From: an uncultured delta proteobacterium
Lineage (GTDB): Bacteria; Myxococcota_A; Polyangia; Fen-1088
Length of the DNA stretch: 64,000 nucleotides
Direction of reading: 5' to 3'
Assembly: GCA_963767925.1 (NCBI GenBank)
Contig: CAVYGB010000002.1
Coordinates: 2,112,001 to 2,176,000 of the forward strand
This document shows, piece by piece, positions 31,327 through 40,081 of the stretch. Under the pieces are notes generated by a model, which saw only the letters and a program-made list of their open reading frames with translations, did no database searches and had not been told where the DNA came from. How positions within the stretch are numbered: the stretch's first letter is position 1; every line of letters starts with the position of its first letter. The position numbers and the translations under genes were made by a program.

Positions 31327-32061
31327 ATGGCACAACAGGCATACCGACGCTGTGTTTTGAGCCTGGGAATCAACTCCCCGCAGCTGCCCGACCACCCGCG
31401 GACGCTTTTTCAGGACTACAAGCGCGGTCTGCTCCGGATCCGCGACCAGCTGTCCGCCATGCACTTCGCGGGTGACTTCGTTTTCTGGGACCAGGACTAC
31501 CCGCCGGGAGCGCCCCGACACGAAGAGGCCCGTTTCGCCTTCAAGCCCTTCTGTTTCGAGGAAGCCAGGCGGCGAGGCTACCAGCTGGCGCTGTGGATGG
31601 ACTCATGTGTCGTCATCAATGACGGCACCTGGCTCGACCTCCTCTTCGACGTTATCCGCGATCAGGGCTACTTGTTCGTGTCGGAATCGCACTCTGTCGG
31701 GATGTTCTGCCGCGACGAGGCCCTCCCGGCCCTCGGGATCACCCGGGAGGAGTCCTTCCGCCTGCCCTCGGCCTGGGGATGCGTCATCGGCCTGAACCTG
31801 ACTGATGAGCGCTCGCTGCGCTTCCTGGAGTCATGGAAACGGCTCGCCGCCGAGGGGACCAGCTTCCGCGGTCCGAAATGGAGCGGCGAGCGCGGCGCGC
31901 CCCGGACCGCATCCCCCGACCCCCGGGTGCGCGGGCATCGCAGCCAGGGCGCCATGAGCGTGGTGGCGCTCCAGTTGGAGATGAACCGCTGGCTGAGCAA
32001 GAGCGACTTCGAAAAGATGTTCGTCGCCGACCGCAAGTTCGTCCGAACATTCGATGAATGA
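31327..32061 (+). CDS. Putative GT-A nucleotide-diphospho-sugar transferase
   Basis: FAFKPFCF...LALWMDSCVV pattern typical of small GT-A proteins; context. Confidence 0.55.
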   Translation: MAQQAYRRCVLSLGINSPQLPDHPRTLFQDYKRGLLRIRDQLSAMHFAGDFVFWDQDYPPGAPRHEEARFAFKPFCFEEARRRGYQLALWMDSCVVINDGTWLDLLFDVIRDQGYLFVSESHSVGMFCRDEALPALGITREESFRLPSAWGCVIGLNLTDERSLRFLESWKRLAAEGTSFRGPKWSGERGAPRTASPDPRVRGHRSQGAMSVVALQLEMNRWLSKSDFEKMFVADRKFVRTFDE

Positions 32062-32161
32062 GACCGACCAGGTTAGAGATCAGTTGACCATGGACCAGCA
32101 TTTCGCGGCGGCCACGTACAGGGATCGCCGTCGTGGGTTCGGAGAGCGTGCGAGCCGCCGA

Positions 32162-32739
32162 TCAGGTCTGCAGCAAGCGCAGGCGGTCCTCGAGGGAGCC
32201 ATGCCAGTCGCCGGCCATGTTCGGAAGTAACCGGTAGAGGTAACGCGGCTCGTCCGGCACCCAGAGGTCTTGCTGCCATTCCCACGGCCGGGACCTGGCC
32301 CGTGCAGGATCGAACAGGCCCGCGACGGGGTAATAGATGCGTTGGGCGTCGGAGAGCCACGCCGCCCACCAGGCGAACGTGCTGACCGACAGCACAATGT
32401 TGCGCGCGCTTCTCAGGCGATTGAAGTCGTTCACCGCCGTGCCGGCGCAGACGCGAGCTCCGAAACAGGTGACGAGCCGCTGGACCATTGGATCGTCCGG
32501 GTGTTGCGTGACCACGGTGATAGCGCGCCACTGCCGTTCACGCACGACGCTGGCGTAAAACGAGAAGGGAAGAGCCGGGTAGTCGCGGGCGACCGGCCGC
32601 CCCTCCGACATGTCTTGCCACACGTCGCCGCCGCTGCGGACGTGAATCACGAGGTCATCTGGGCCAGATGGATCGAGCGGTCCGGCGCGCAGCCATTGGC
32701 GGCGGATGAGATCTTTGTGCGGGCGATAATATTCGTAGC
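32162..32739 (-). pseudogene. 5'-truncated GT11-like paralog
   Basis: RYEYYRPHK..IHVRSG..DYPALPFSFY..STFAWWAAWLS matches 29176-30084; N-terminal third replaced by IS DNA. Confidence 0.85.
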
Positions 32740-32810
32740 GTGTTCACGATGGTCCGATCGCTCCGTTCACGATGCTCCGATCGCGGTGTTCACGATGACC
32801 GAAATGCGCA
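32740..32810. mobile_element. IS21-family terminal segment with multiple repeats
   Basis: Three GTTCACGATG units ending GAAATGCGCA (reverse complement TGCGCATTTCGGTCATCGTGAAC), the IS21-type end architecture. Confidence 0.75.
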
Positions 32811-33362
32811 GCGAGCTGGCCAGGGACCTGATGGAGACCTCGTGCGAGCGTCAGCAGATCCAGCCCGGCGTCCTCTCGATGCATTCCGACAACGGCCCCG
32901 CGATGATCTCTCAACCGGTGGCTTCTCTGCTGATCACCCTCGACGTGGCCAAGAGCCACTCGCGCCCCCACGTTTCCGACGACAACCCCTTCTCGGAGGC
33001 CCAGTTCAAAACCCTCAAGTACCGCCCCTCATTTCCCGAACGCTTCGCCTCCCTGGAGCACGCACGAGCTTTCCTGCGGCAGTTCTTCGCTTGGTACAAC
33101 ACCGAGCACCACCACAGCCGCTTGGCCCTCCTCACACCCTCCGACGTCCATCATGGCCTCGTCGACCAGCGCATTGGCCAGCGCGCCCTCGTCCTCGACG
33201 CCGCCTTCGCCGCCAGGCCGGAGCGCTTCGTCCGACGGCCACCCACCCCGCGTCGGCCACCTGAAACCGTGTGGATCAACCCACCTAAGGAATCTCCAGC
33301 GACCGAGGAGGCGCGAGCGTAAATTCAACAGTCGGCTATCTCAGAATCGTTGACAGGTTCCG
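32811..33362 (+). mobile_element. IS3-family transposase 3' fragment (rve core) with right end
   Basis: HSDNGPAM, SHSRPHVSDDNPFSEAQFKTLKY, WYNTEHHHS; stop at 33322 followed by TCTCAGAATCGTTGACAGGTTCCG. Confidence 0.9.
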
Positions 33363-33449
33363 TCCGAGCATTTCCGCGTACCACTTCACGGACTCGTCGA
33401 TGTTGGCGACCTGAAGTGCGACGAGCTCGATGAACTGGACTGGAATCAT
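33363..33449 (-). pseudogene. VOC/glyoxalase N-terminal fragment interrupted by the IS3 element
   Basis: RBS AGGAG; MIPVQFIELVALQVANIDESVKWYAEMLG runs straight into the IS end. Confidence 0.7.
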
Positions 33450-33463
33450 ACTGGCTCCTACCT

Positions 33464-34183
33464 TCAGATCACCCGTACCCAGGGTAGCCGCAGCGTCTGG
33501 ACGCCCACGCCGTGGCGCTGCTTGTAGGCCGTGATCTCCTCTAGATCGCGCTCATCCCGGTTTTCCAGGCGCTCCAGCGTCGTCGTCGAGGCGTCCGGCA
33601 CGTACTTCCGGAACCCGGAGGCCAGCTTCTGCGGCAGCAGCGCCATCTCTCCCACGCGCCCGCAGCGCTCCCTCCACAGTCTGTCCGTGGCGTAGTGGCC
33701 GGCGTAGGTCTCGTCCTCCCCTCCCACCCGCCAGAAGAACTCCTTCGACATGAGGAAGCTGTTGGGGTGGGGATTACGGGGGGTCATCTCCGGCCAGCGG
33801 CCGCGCGAGAACATGTACCAGACCCGGGCGTCGTGGTCCTGTCGCATGAGACTCTCCATCACCTCCGGAAGGACCACGTGGTCCATGTCGGTGAGGAGAA
33901 GCCACGGGGTGGTGGCCTCGCTGGCCCCGAGGTTGCGACCCTGCAGGCAGTTCCAGCGGAGGTCGGTCAGGATGCGATAGAGCCGAAAGTCCAGGACGTC
34001 CACCGCCAGCCCCTGGGCGCTTATGACTTCCTGGGCCCGCGATCCCAGCGGTGAGCCGTCGTCCACGACGATGATCTGCAGGTGTCTTCTCGTCTCCTCC
34101 GAGTACTGGTTCCAGAACTCGAATTGCTTTCGCAGCATGTTGGGGTTGCGGTAGTAGGGCAAAATGAAGGTCATCTGTTTCAT
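33464..34183 (-). CDS. GT2/GT7-like glycosyltransferase
   Basis: IIVVDDGS, RNLGA, LLTDMDH, VGGEDE. Confidence 0.85.
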   Translation of the reverse strand: MKQMTFILPYYRNPNMLRKQFEFWNQYSEETRRHLQIIVVDDGSPLGSRAQEVISAQGLAVDVLDFRLYRILTDLRWNCLQGRNLGASEATTPWLLLTDMDHVVLPEVMESLMRQDHDARVWYMFSRGRWPEMTPRNPHPNSFLMSKEFFWRVGGEDETYAGHYATDRLWRERCGRVGEMALLPQKLASGFRKYVPDASTTTLERLENRDERDLEEITAYKQRHGVGVQTLRLPWVRVI

Positions 34184-34185
34184 CT

Positions 34186-34803
34186 TCAGCGCGCCCCTTC
34201 GCCGACCCGACCTGCGGACGAGAACAATGCCGGCGACAGCACGACATCGATGATCCCGTAGGCCTTGGCCTCGTCCGCCCGGAAGAACCGATCTCGCTGC
34301 ATGTCCTTCATGACCTGCTCCGGCGATTGACCGGTGTGTTTGGCCATCAGCCCGGTGATGACCTCCCGAGTCCGCAACACTTGCCGGGCGTGGATGGCGA
34401 GATCGGAGGCGGACCCTTCCGACGCGGCCGAGGGCTGGTGGGTCATGATCTTGGCGTGCGGCAAGCAGTAGCGCTTGCCCGGAGCGCCGGCGGTCAGCAA
34501 GAAGGAGGCCGTGGAGACGGCGCTTCCGACACACACGGTGGCAACGGCGGGGCTCACGTATTGCATGGTGTCGTAGATAGCCAGCCCGGCACTCACCAGG
34601 CCGCCCTGGGAGTTGATGTAAAGCATGATGTCCCGGTCGGGATCTTCACTCTCCAGGTAGAGGAGCTGGGCCACCACGCTGCTGGCCATCTCATCGGACA
34701 CGCCGCCACCCAGGTAAATGATCCGGTTGTTCAACAGTCCAGAGAACACGTCCCACGAGCGTTCCCCCTTCTGGGTGGTCTGAGAGACGCGGGGAATCAG
34801 CAT
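34186..34803 (-). CDS. clpP: ATP-dependent Clp protease proteolytic subunit (divergent paralog)
   Basis: RIIYLGG, AQLLYLESED, YINSQGG, AIYDTMQY; Ser (AVST), His (THQP) and Asp (RDRF) triad. Confidence 0.93.
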   Translation of the reverse strand: MLIPRVSQTTQKGERSWDVFSGLLNNRIIYLGGGVSDEMASSVVAQLLYLESEDPDRDIMLYINSQGGLVSAGLAIYDTMQYVSPAVATVCVGSAVSTASFLLTAGAPGKRYCLPHAKIMTHQPSAASEGSASDLAIHARQVLRTREVITGLMAKHTGQSPEQVMKDMQRDRFFRADEAKAYGIIDVVLSPALFSSAGRVGEGAR

Positions 34804-34953
34804 GGTCCGGACTTCGCGATCATTACCGAACCGGCGGGGACGCTGGCCGCCGCAAGTTGAGACAGCGGCCGCGCCGGGATGCCTTGTTATCGTCACCTCG
34901 ACTTGGATGGTACCGTCAGTGAGCTCGAGCGGTCCCTCGACGCAGGATAGGCC

Positions 34954-36819
34954 ATGAGCTCTGCCGAGGGCGGCAAGCCATCGGTGGAGACGCCCTGGAC
35001 GAGCCGCTTGCGAAACGGCCTGGGTCAGATCGTCCTGGCCATCAGTCTCATGTGGAAAGCGGCGCCCTGGGGGACGTTGCTCTCCATCGTTCTGGTCGTC
35101 CTCTCAGGAGCACTTCAGCCCGCCAGTGCCTACGTCGGAAAGCTGATCGTCGATGCGGTGCTCGACGCGCAGCAGGCCGCACATGTCCCGGGAGCCATCC
35201 AGCGGGCGCTCGAATTCGTCCTGCTGGAACTGGGCCTGCTCCTGAGCGTGACGCTGCTCGACCGATCTCTGGGGCTGGTACGTACGATGGTCGGCGCGCG
35301 CCTGACCCTCGACCTCGCCACGAAGATCCTGAAGAAGGCTCTCCTCCTGGAGTTGAGGCAGTTCGAAGATCCAGTGTTCTACGACCTGTTGACCCGGGCC
35401 CGGCGCGAGGCCACCGGCAGGCCGCTCGGCCTGTTACAGCGCGCCTTCGGTCTGCTCAAGAACGGGCTCGTACTCGCTGGGTACCTCACGCTGCTGACGA
35501 CCTTCTCCGCATGGGCGACCCTGGCGGTGCTCGTCGCGAGCGTCCCCGCATTCCTGGCGGAGGCGCACTTTTCCAGGAAGACCTACCTCATCCGGAACTC
35601 TCGTTCGGAGGAAAACCGGCGCCTCAACTACCTGGAGAAGGTGTTGACCGAGGAGGAATACGTCAAAGAGGTCAAGCTGTTCGGTCTGGGATCCTATCTG
35701 CTCGGGCTGCACCGGGACCTGTCCGTGAAGTTTCTTCGCGAGGATCGGGACTTGCACTTGCGCTCTGCCGGCTGGGGGTACCTGCTCTCGGCCGCTGCCT
35801 CGCTGGCCTTTTATGGCTGCTACGTGGTGGTCGTGATCTCGACGGTCCAGGGAAGACTTTCTCTGGGTGAGATGACGCTCTATCTGGTGGCCTTCCGTCA
35901 GGCGCAGGAGAACTTCCGGGGACTCCTGGCGGGGGTGGGGGGCATGTACGAGGACAACCTCTACCTGACGAACCTGTTCGAGTTCCTGGCCATCCCTCCC
36001 GGCCACCCCGTGGCGACGAGCAATCTTGCCCTCCTTCCGGCAGTCGCGTCGCGGGCACCAGCGGATGGAGGGATCCGCTTCGAGCAGGTCTCATTCAAGC
36101 ACCCGGGGTCTGACAGATACGCCGTCCGCGACATCGACCTGGTCGTGCCGCCCGGCCAGAGTCTGGCCCTGGTGGGGGAAAACGGGGCCGGCAAGACCAC
36201 CATCATCAAGCTGCTCACGCGCCTCTACTCACCCACCGAGGGGAGGATCCTGCTCGATGGCCGGGACCTGCGCGACTGGGACGAGGTCGAGCTACGCAGC
36301 CGTATCGGAGTCATTTTTCAGGACTTCAACCAATACCAGTTCCGGGTGCGGGAGAACATCGCCGTGGGCAGCATTGCCCGAAGAGATGACGATCTGCGCG
36401 TGAAGCGGGCGATGGAGGAAGGAGGCGCCCGGGCGGTGGTGGCTGGCCTTCCCCATGGATTGGACACTCAGCTCGGACGCAAGTTTCGGGACGGCGTCGG
36501 GCTCTCGGGAGGGCAATGGCAAAAGATTGCCCTCGCCCGCGCGTTCATGCGCCAGGAGGCCGACATCCTGATCCTGGACGAACCCACCGCAGCGCTGGAT
36601 GCTCTGGCCGAACACGCCATCTTCGACCGGTTTCGCGAGCTCACCCGGGGCCGGACTGCCATCATCGTGTCGCACCGGTTCCCCACCGTCCGCATGGCCG
36701 ACCGGATCGTAGTCGTGCGTGAAGGAATGATCGCCGAGAACGGCAGCCACGGAGATCTGTTGAAGGCAGGCGGTCGCTACGCCGAGCTGTTCGAGCTGCA
36801 GGCGCAGGGTTATCGCTGA
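34954..36819 (+). CDS. ABC exporter, fused TMD and NBD
   Basis: GENGAGKT, LSGGQWQKIALAR, LILDEPT, SHRFPTVRMAD. Confidence 0.95.
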   Translation: MSSAEGGKPSVETPWTSRLRNGLGQIVLAISLMWKAAPWGTLLSIVLVVLSGALQPASAYVGKLIVDAVLDAQQAAHVPGAIQRALEFVLLELGLLLSVTLLDRSLGLVRTMVGARLTLDLATKILKKALLLELRQFEDPVFYDLLTRARREATGRPLGLLQRAFGLLKNGLVLAGYLTLLTTFSAWATLAVLVASVPAFLAEAHFSRKTYLIRNSRSEENRRLNYLEKVLTEEEYVKEVKLFGLGSYLLGLHRDLSVKFLREDRDLHLRSAGWGYLLSAAASLAFYGCYVVVVISTVQGRLSLGEMTLYLVAFRQAQENFRGLLAGVGGMYEDNLYLTNLFEFLAIPPGHPVATSNLALLPAVASRAPADGGIRFEQVSFKHPGSDRYAVRDIDLVVPPGQSLALVGENGAGKTTIIKLLTRLYSPTEGRILLDGRDLRDWDEVELRSRIGVIFQDFNQYQFRVRENIAVGSIARRDDDLRVKRAMEEGGARAVVAGLPHGLDTQLGRKFRDGVGLSGGQWQKIALARAFMRQEADILILDEPTAALDALAEHAIFDRFRELTRGRTAIIVSHRFPTVRMADRIVVVREGMIAENGSHGDLLKAGGRYAELFELQAQGYR

Positions 36820-36859
36820 GGCGCTTAGAGAGCAATCGACACCAATCAATGGAGCCAAC

Positions 36860-37543
36860 GTGCAAATAGCTAGCCCGTTTCATGATCGGGATCGGCTGAA
36901 CCGCGAGAAATACGGTCAGCACGCACCACTCAGTTGTGAGCGGATCTGGATCAAGCCAACCGAGGTCACCGCTTACATGAGGATTCCCGCCGCAGTCGGG
37001 GGCGCCCGTCGGGTTCGCGCGGAGAGTGGGACCGTTGTCGAATCGGAGTTTCCCCCGCTGGGTGGCTTCGTCATGCCCTTGACTTGGGTGGGCAGGATCG
37101 CCTCCTGCATTCACCGTTGGATGAAGGGTGGCGAATGGGAAGACACGGCGATGTATCAGAGGGCCTTCAAGTACCTGCATGAGACCAAATCTATCGGCGG
37201 CGGCTTGAACATCCCGGAGGCCGCTCTGCGCATCTGCCAGAAATATGATCGGATGTACCTCACGGTCGATCGTGAACGACGTTTGCGGACCCGGGAGGAG
37301 CTCAATCCAGGGAACTTTCGCGAGGAGGGCGGCATGGTGATACACGTGGGGCCGGGCGGAACGCTCTTCCTCGGATCGGGGAACCGGCGGTTCTCCATCA
37401 GCCTCACCGCGGGACTCGAGATCGTCCCCGCCATGGTGGGCTACGTGCACGTGAGCGCCCTCAGGCACCTGGCCGCTCTGAGGCAACCGCCCGACGGCGC
37501 TCGCGCCGCACGCGCGGAAATAGGCGTCACGCCTCAGGACTGA
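36860..37543 (+). CDS. Hypothetical ParB/Srx-fold protein
   Basis: GGAG RBS plus GTG; VIHVGPGGTLFLGSGNRRFSISL...VPAMV; a frameshifted paralog exists. Confidence 0.65.
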   Translation: MQIASPFHDRDRLNREKYGQHAPLSCERIWIKPTEVTAYMRIPAAVGGARRVRAESGTVVESEFPPLGGFVMPLTWVGRIASCIHRWMKGGEWEDTAMYQRAFKYLHETKSIGGGLNIPEAALRICQKYDRMYLTVDRERRLRTREELNPGNFREEGGMVIHVGPGGTLFLGSGNRRFSISLTAGLEIVPAMVGYVHVSALRHLAALRQPPDGARAARAEIGVTPQD

Positions 37544-37575
37544 TTCGAGATCCCCTGGCGTCCGCCCGTCGCCGA

Positions 37576-39726
37576 TCAGGCCTTCGTTCGCGGCTGCACC
37601 TTCAGCAGTAGCTCTCCCTCGGCGGCGTCGACGACGACGGTTCCACCTTTCGTCAGCCCACCGAACAGGACCTCGTCGCCCAGCCGCCGGACGACGGCGG
37701 ACTGGAGCAGGCGAGCCAGGGGCCGCGCCCCCTGGTTGGCGTCGAAACCCTTGTCCAGCAAGTAGGCGCGCCCGTTTTCGGTCACGCTGATCCGCACCTT
37801 TCGGGTAGCCAGCTGCGCCGACAGCTCGGCCAGCCGACGGTCGAGGATGAGTCGCATGTGTTCCGGCAGCAGGCGGCCAAAGTCGATCTTGGCCGTGAGC
37901 CGATCCCTGAACTCGACGGAGAAGACCGACCGGAGGGCCTTACCGGAATCGACCGTGCTGTCGTCGCGCACGAATCCCGGTCTGCGCACGGTAGCGTCGC
38001 TGGCCCCCACGTTGCTCGTCATGATGAGAACGGTCTGGCGGAAATCGGTCACCCGGCCGCGGCTGTCGGTGAGCTTGCCGTGATCCATGACCTGCAGCAA
38101 AACGTTGCAGACATCGCTGTGTGCCTTCTCGATCTCGTCGAGCAGCAGGACAGCGTGCGGGGTGGCGTTGACAGCGTCGGTCAGGAGGCCCCCCCGGTCG
38201 TATCCGACGTAACCCGGTGGAGCGCCGATAAGCCGGGAGACGCTGTGCCGCTCCATGTATTCGGACATGTCGAATCGGACGAGGGGGAGACTGAGCGCAT
38301 CTGCCAGCTGGCGGGCAAGCTCCGTCTTGCCCACCCCGCTCGGACCGACGAACAGGAAGCTGCCAATCGGTTTGCCGGCTGCACCCAGTCCGGCGCGGTG
38401 TATCCGTACCGCTTGCACAAGGCTGGCGATGGCCGCTTGCTGGCCGAAGACCTTGCCGTTCAGCTGCTGCTCCAGGTTCATCAATCGCGCCCGCTCGCGC
38501 CGATCGGGCCGGGTTTGTGATGACGGTGCCGACAGCTCGAGCGCGGCCAGCACGTCCCTGGCATCGACCACCGTCCGTGTGCGGCTTCCCCGGCTGGTCC
38601 TCATCTTCACCAGCGCAGCCGCGCGCTCGACCAGATCAAAGACGCCGCCAGGCAGGCGGCGCTGTGCGGTCTGGCCCCGCGACAGCTCGGTCGCCCGTAC
38701 CAGGGCGGCCTCGCTCAGGCCGACACCATGACGCCTTTGCAGACGGTTGCGCTGGGCTCTCAGGGCGGCGACAGTGTCGGGCACGGACAGCTCCCCCAGC
38801 GGAACCACCTCGAATCTGCTGAACGATTGCGGGTCGCGGTCAATCGCCGCCAGGTGATCGCGCGCGGGCATCACCGCCAAGCAGTGACTCCCGCGGGTGC
38901 TGCCGAGCACCATTCGCAGGAGGGTGCTGGAACCGGTGAGACCGAAGAAAGCCTCGGCGGTCAGAATCGTCGAGAAGTCGTCGATGAGCAGGACGAACCG
39001 GCCCTGGCGCGCCAGCTGCAGTTGGATCGTGGCGTACCGGCGCTCCAGCTCGATACGGGAATCGACGCCCTGAACCACCCAATCGACCTTCAGCACGCGG
39101 ACCAGGGGAGGGTCTCCGGAGACGAGAGCGGGCGACTTCTCGAGCAGGCGGGCCAGGTGCTTCAGCAGCGCGGTCTTGCCTACCCCGCGTTCGCCCACCA
39201 GCAGGGCGCAGTTCCGGATGCGGCTGGCCAGGATGCACTGGATCCGCTCTATCTCAGGCTCGCGCCCGATCAGGCGCTTCGTGCTGACTTGCCTGACCGT
39301 GAAAGTGGCAGCGTGTTTGTTGTCTTCCAGGATGTCTTCGAAGATGTCGACGTAGCTCAAACCCTCTTGCTGCAGCAGGCGGGCGGCATAGGAGTCAGGC
39401 TCGGTCTGAATCACTCCCAGGACCTCGGGCAGGCCGGGAATGCGCCCGAGCAATCGACTCAGCACGAGGGCTCGAGCGAGGACTCGCTCGAGATTTTGAT
39501 CGGCAGCGGCGATGGGCACGGGACCCCGCTGTTCGCTCTGCAGGTGGGCCTCCAGGTTGAGCCGCAGCCGCGCCCCGACCTTGGGGTCACCGCGAAGCGA
39601 GCGCGGGGAACCCTCGTGGGTCAACAGCCCGAGCAACAGATCCTCGACGGTGCAGTGTTCGGCGCCTCGCGCGGCGGCGGCGGAAAGCGCCTTGGCGATG
39701 ACCTCTTGGAGGGCTCCCTTGAACAT
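37576..39726 (-). CDS. clpA: ClpA-like AAA+ chaperone (divergent)
   Basis: N-domain TVEDLLLGLL; D1 GERGVGKT; D2 GPSGVGKTEL, FDMSEYMERHSVSRLIGAPPGYVG, LLDEIEKAH; PGF loop; GARPL. Confidence 0.88.
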   Translation of the reverse strand: MFKGALQEVIAKALSAAAARGAEHCTVEDLLLGLLTHEGSPRSLRGDPKVGARLRLNLEAHLQSEQRGPVPIAAADQNLERVLARALVLSRLLGRIPGLPEVLGVIQTEPDSYAARLLQQEGLSYVDIFEDILEDNKHAATFTVRQVSTKRLIGREPEIERIQCILASRIRNCALLVGERGVGKTALLKHLARLLEKSPALVSGDPPLVRVLKVDWVVQGVDSRIELERRYATIQLQLARQGRFVLLIDDFSTILTAEAFFGLTGSSTLLRMVLGSTRGSHCLAVMPARDHLAAIDRDPQSFSRFEVVPLGELSVPDTVAALRAQRNRLQRRHGVGLSEAALVRATELSRGQTAQRRLPGGVFDLVERAAALVKMRTSRGSRTRTVVDARDVLAALELSAPSSQTRPDRRERARLMNLEQQLNGKVFGQQAAIASLVQAVRIHRAGLGAAGKPIGSFLFVGPSGVGKTELARQLADALSLPLVRFDMSEYMERHSVSRLIGAPPGYVGYDRGGLLTDAVNATPHAVLLLDEIEKAHSDVCNVLLQVMDHGKLTDSRGRVTDFRQTVLIMTSNVGASDATVRRPGFVRDDSTVDSGKALRSVFSVEFRDRLTAKIDFGRLLPEHMRLILDRRLAELSAQLATRKVRISVTENGRAYLLDKGFDANQGARPLARLLQSAVVRRLGDEVLFGGLTKGGTVVVDAAEGELLLKVQPRTKA

Positions 39727-40081
39727 GTCGATACGTTCTCCAGAGTGGGCCCCCAGTATCACTCGCTCTTCGGGAGGGACGGCGCCGCAACATGAGGCAT
39801 CGGGGCCAGACAGCGTCGGCGCTAAGAACCGAGCACGTGCTCAAGAGCTGTCGGTCGTCTCCTGCGCGTGGGGTTCTCAAGAGTGAGCCACGGATACGCC
39901 CGCCTGCCGGCGACAGGTCGACGATGGCTGTGTCCGCTTGCGGGACGGATGTCCCAGAAGCGAACGTCCCGGGCGTTCTCTCGCCTGCGGAGGCGCAGGC
40001 TTCTGTCTTGGCACGATTATCGCATTTGAGGAGTGACCTCTCCGCCGTCAGGAGGGCCCCCTCTTTGCCAACCACCTAGGA

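Noticed and set aside
32740..32810. Possible mini-CRISPR (three spaced repeats)
   Set aside because: Repeats are about 10 bp with 12-13 bp spacers and no cas genes; fits an IS21 terminal repeat
39800..40075. PilZ-like DLSPAGGRIR fragment in a minus-strand ORF
   Set aside because: No RxxxR motif, and it lies in the clpA/permease divergent promoter gap; too weak
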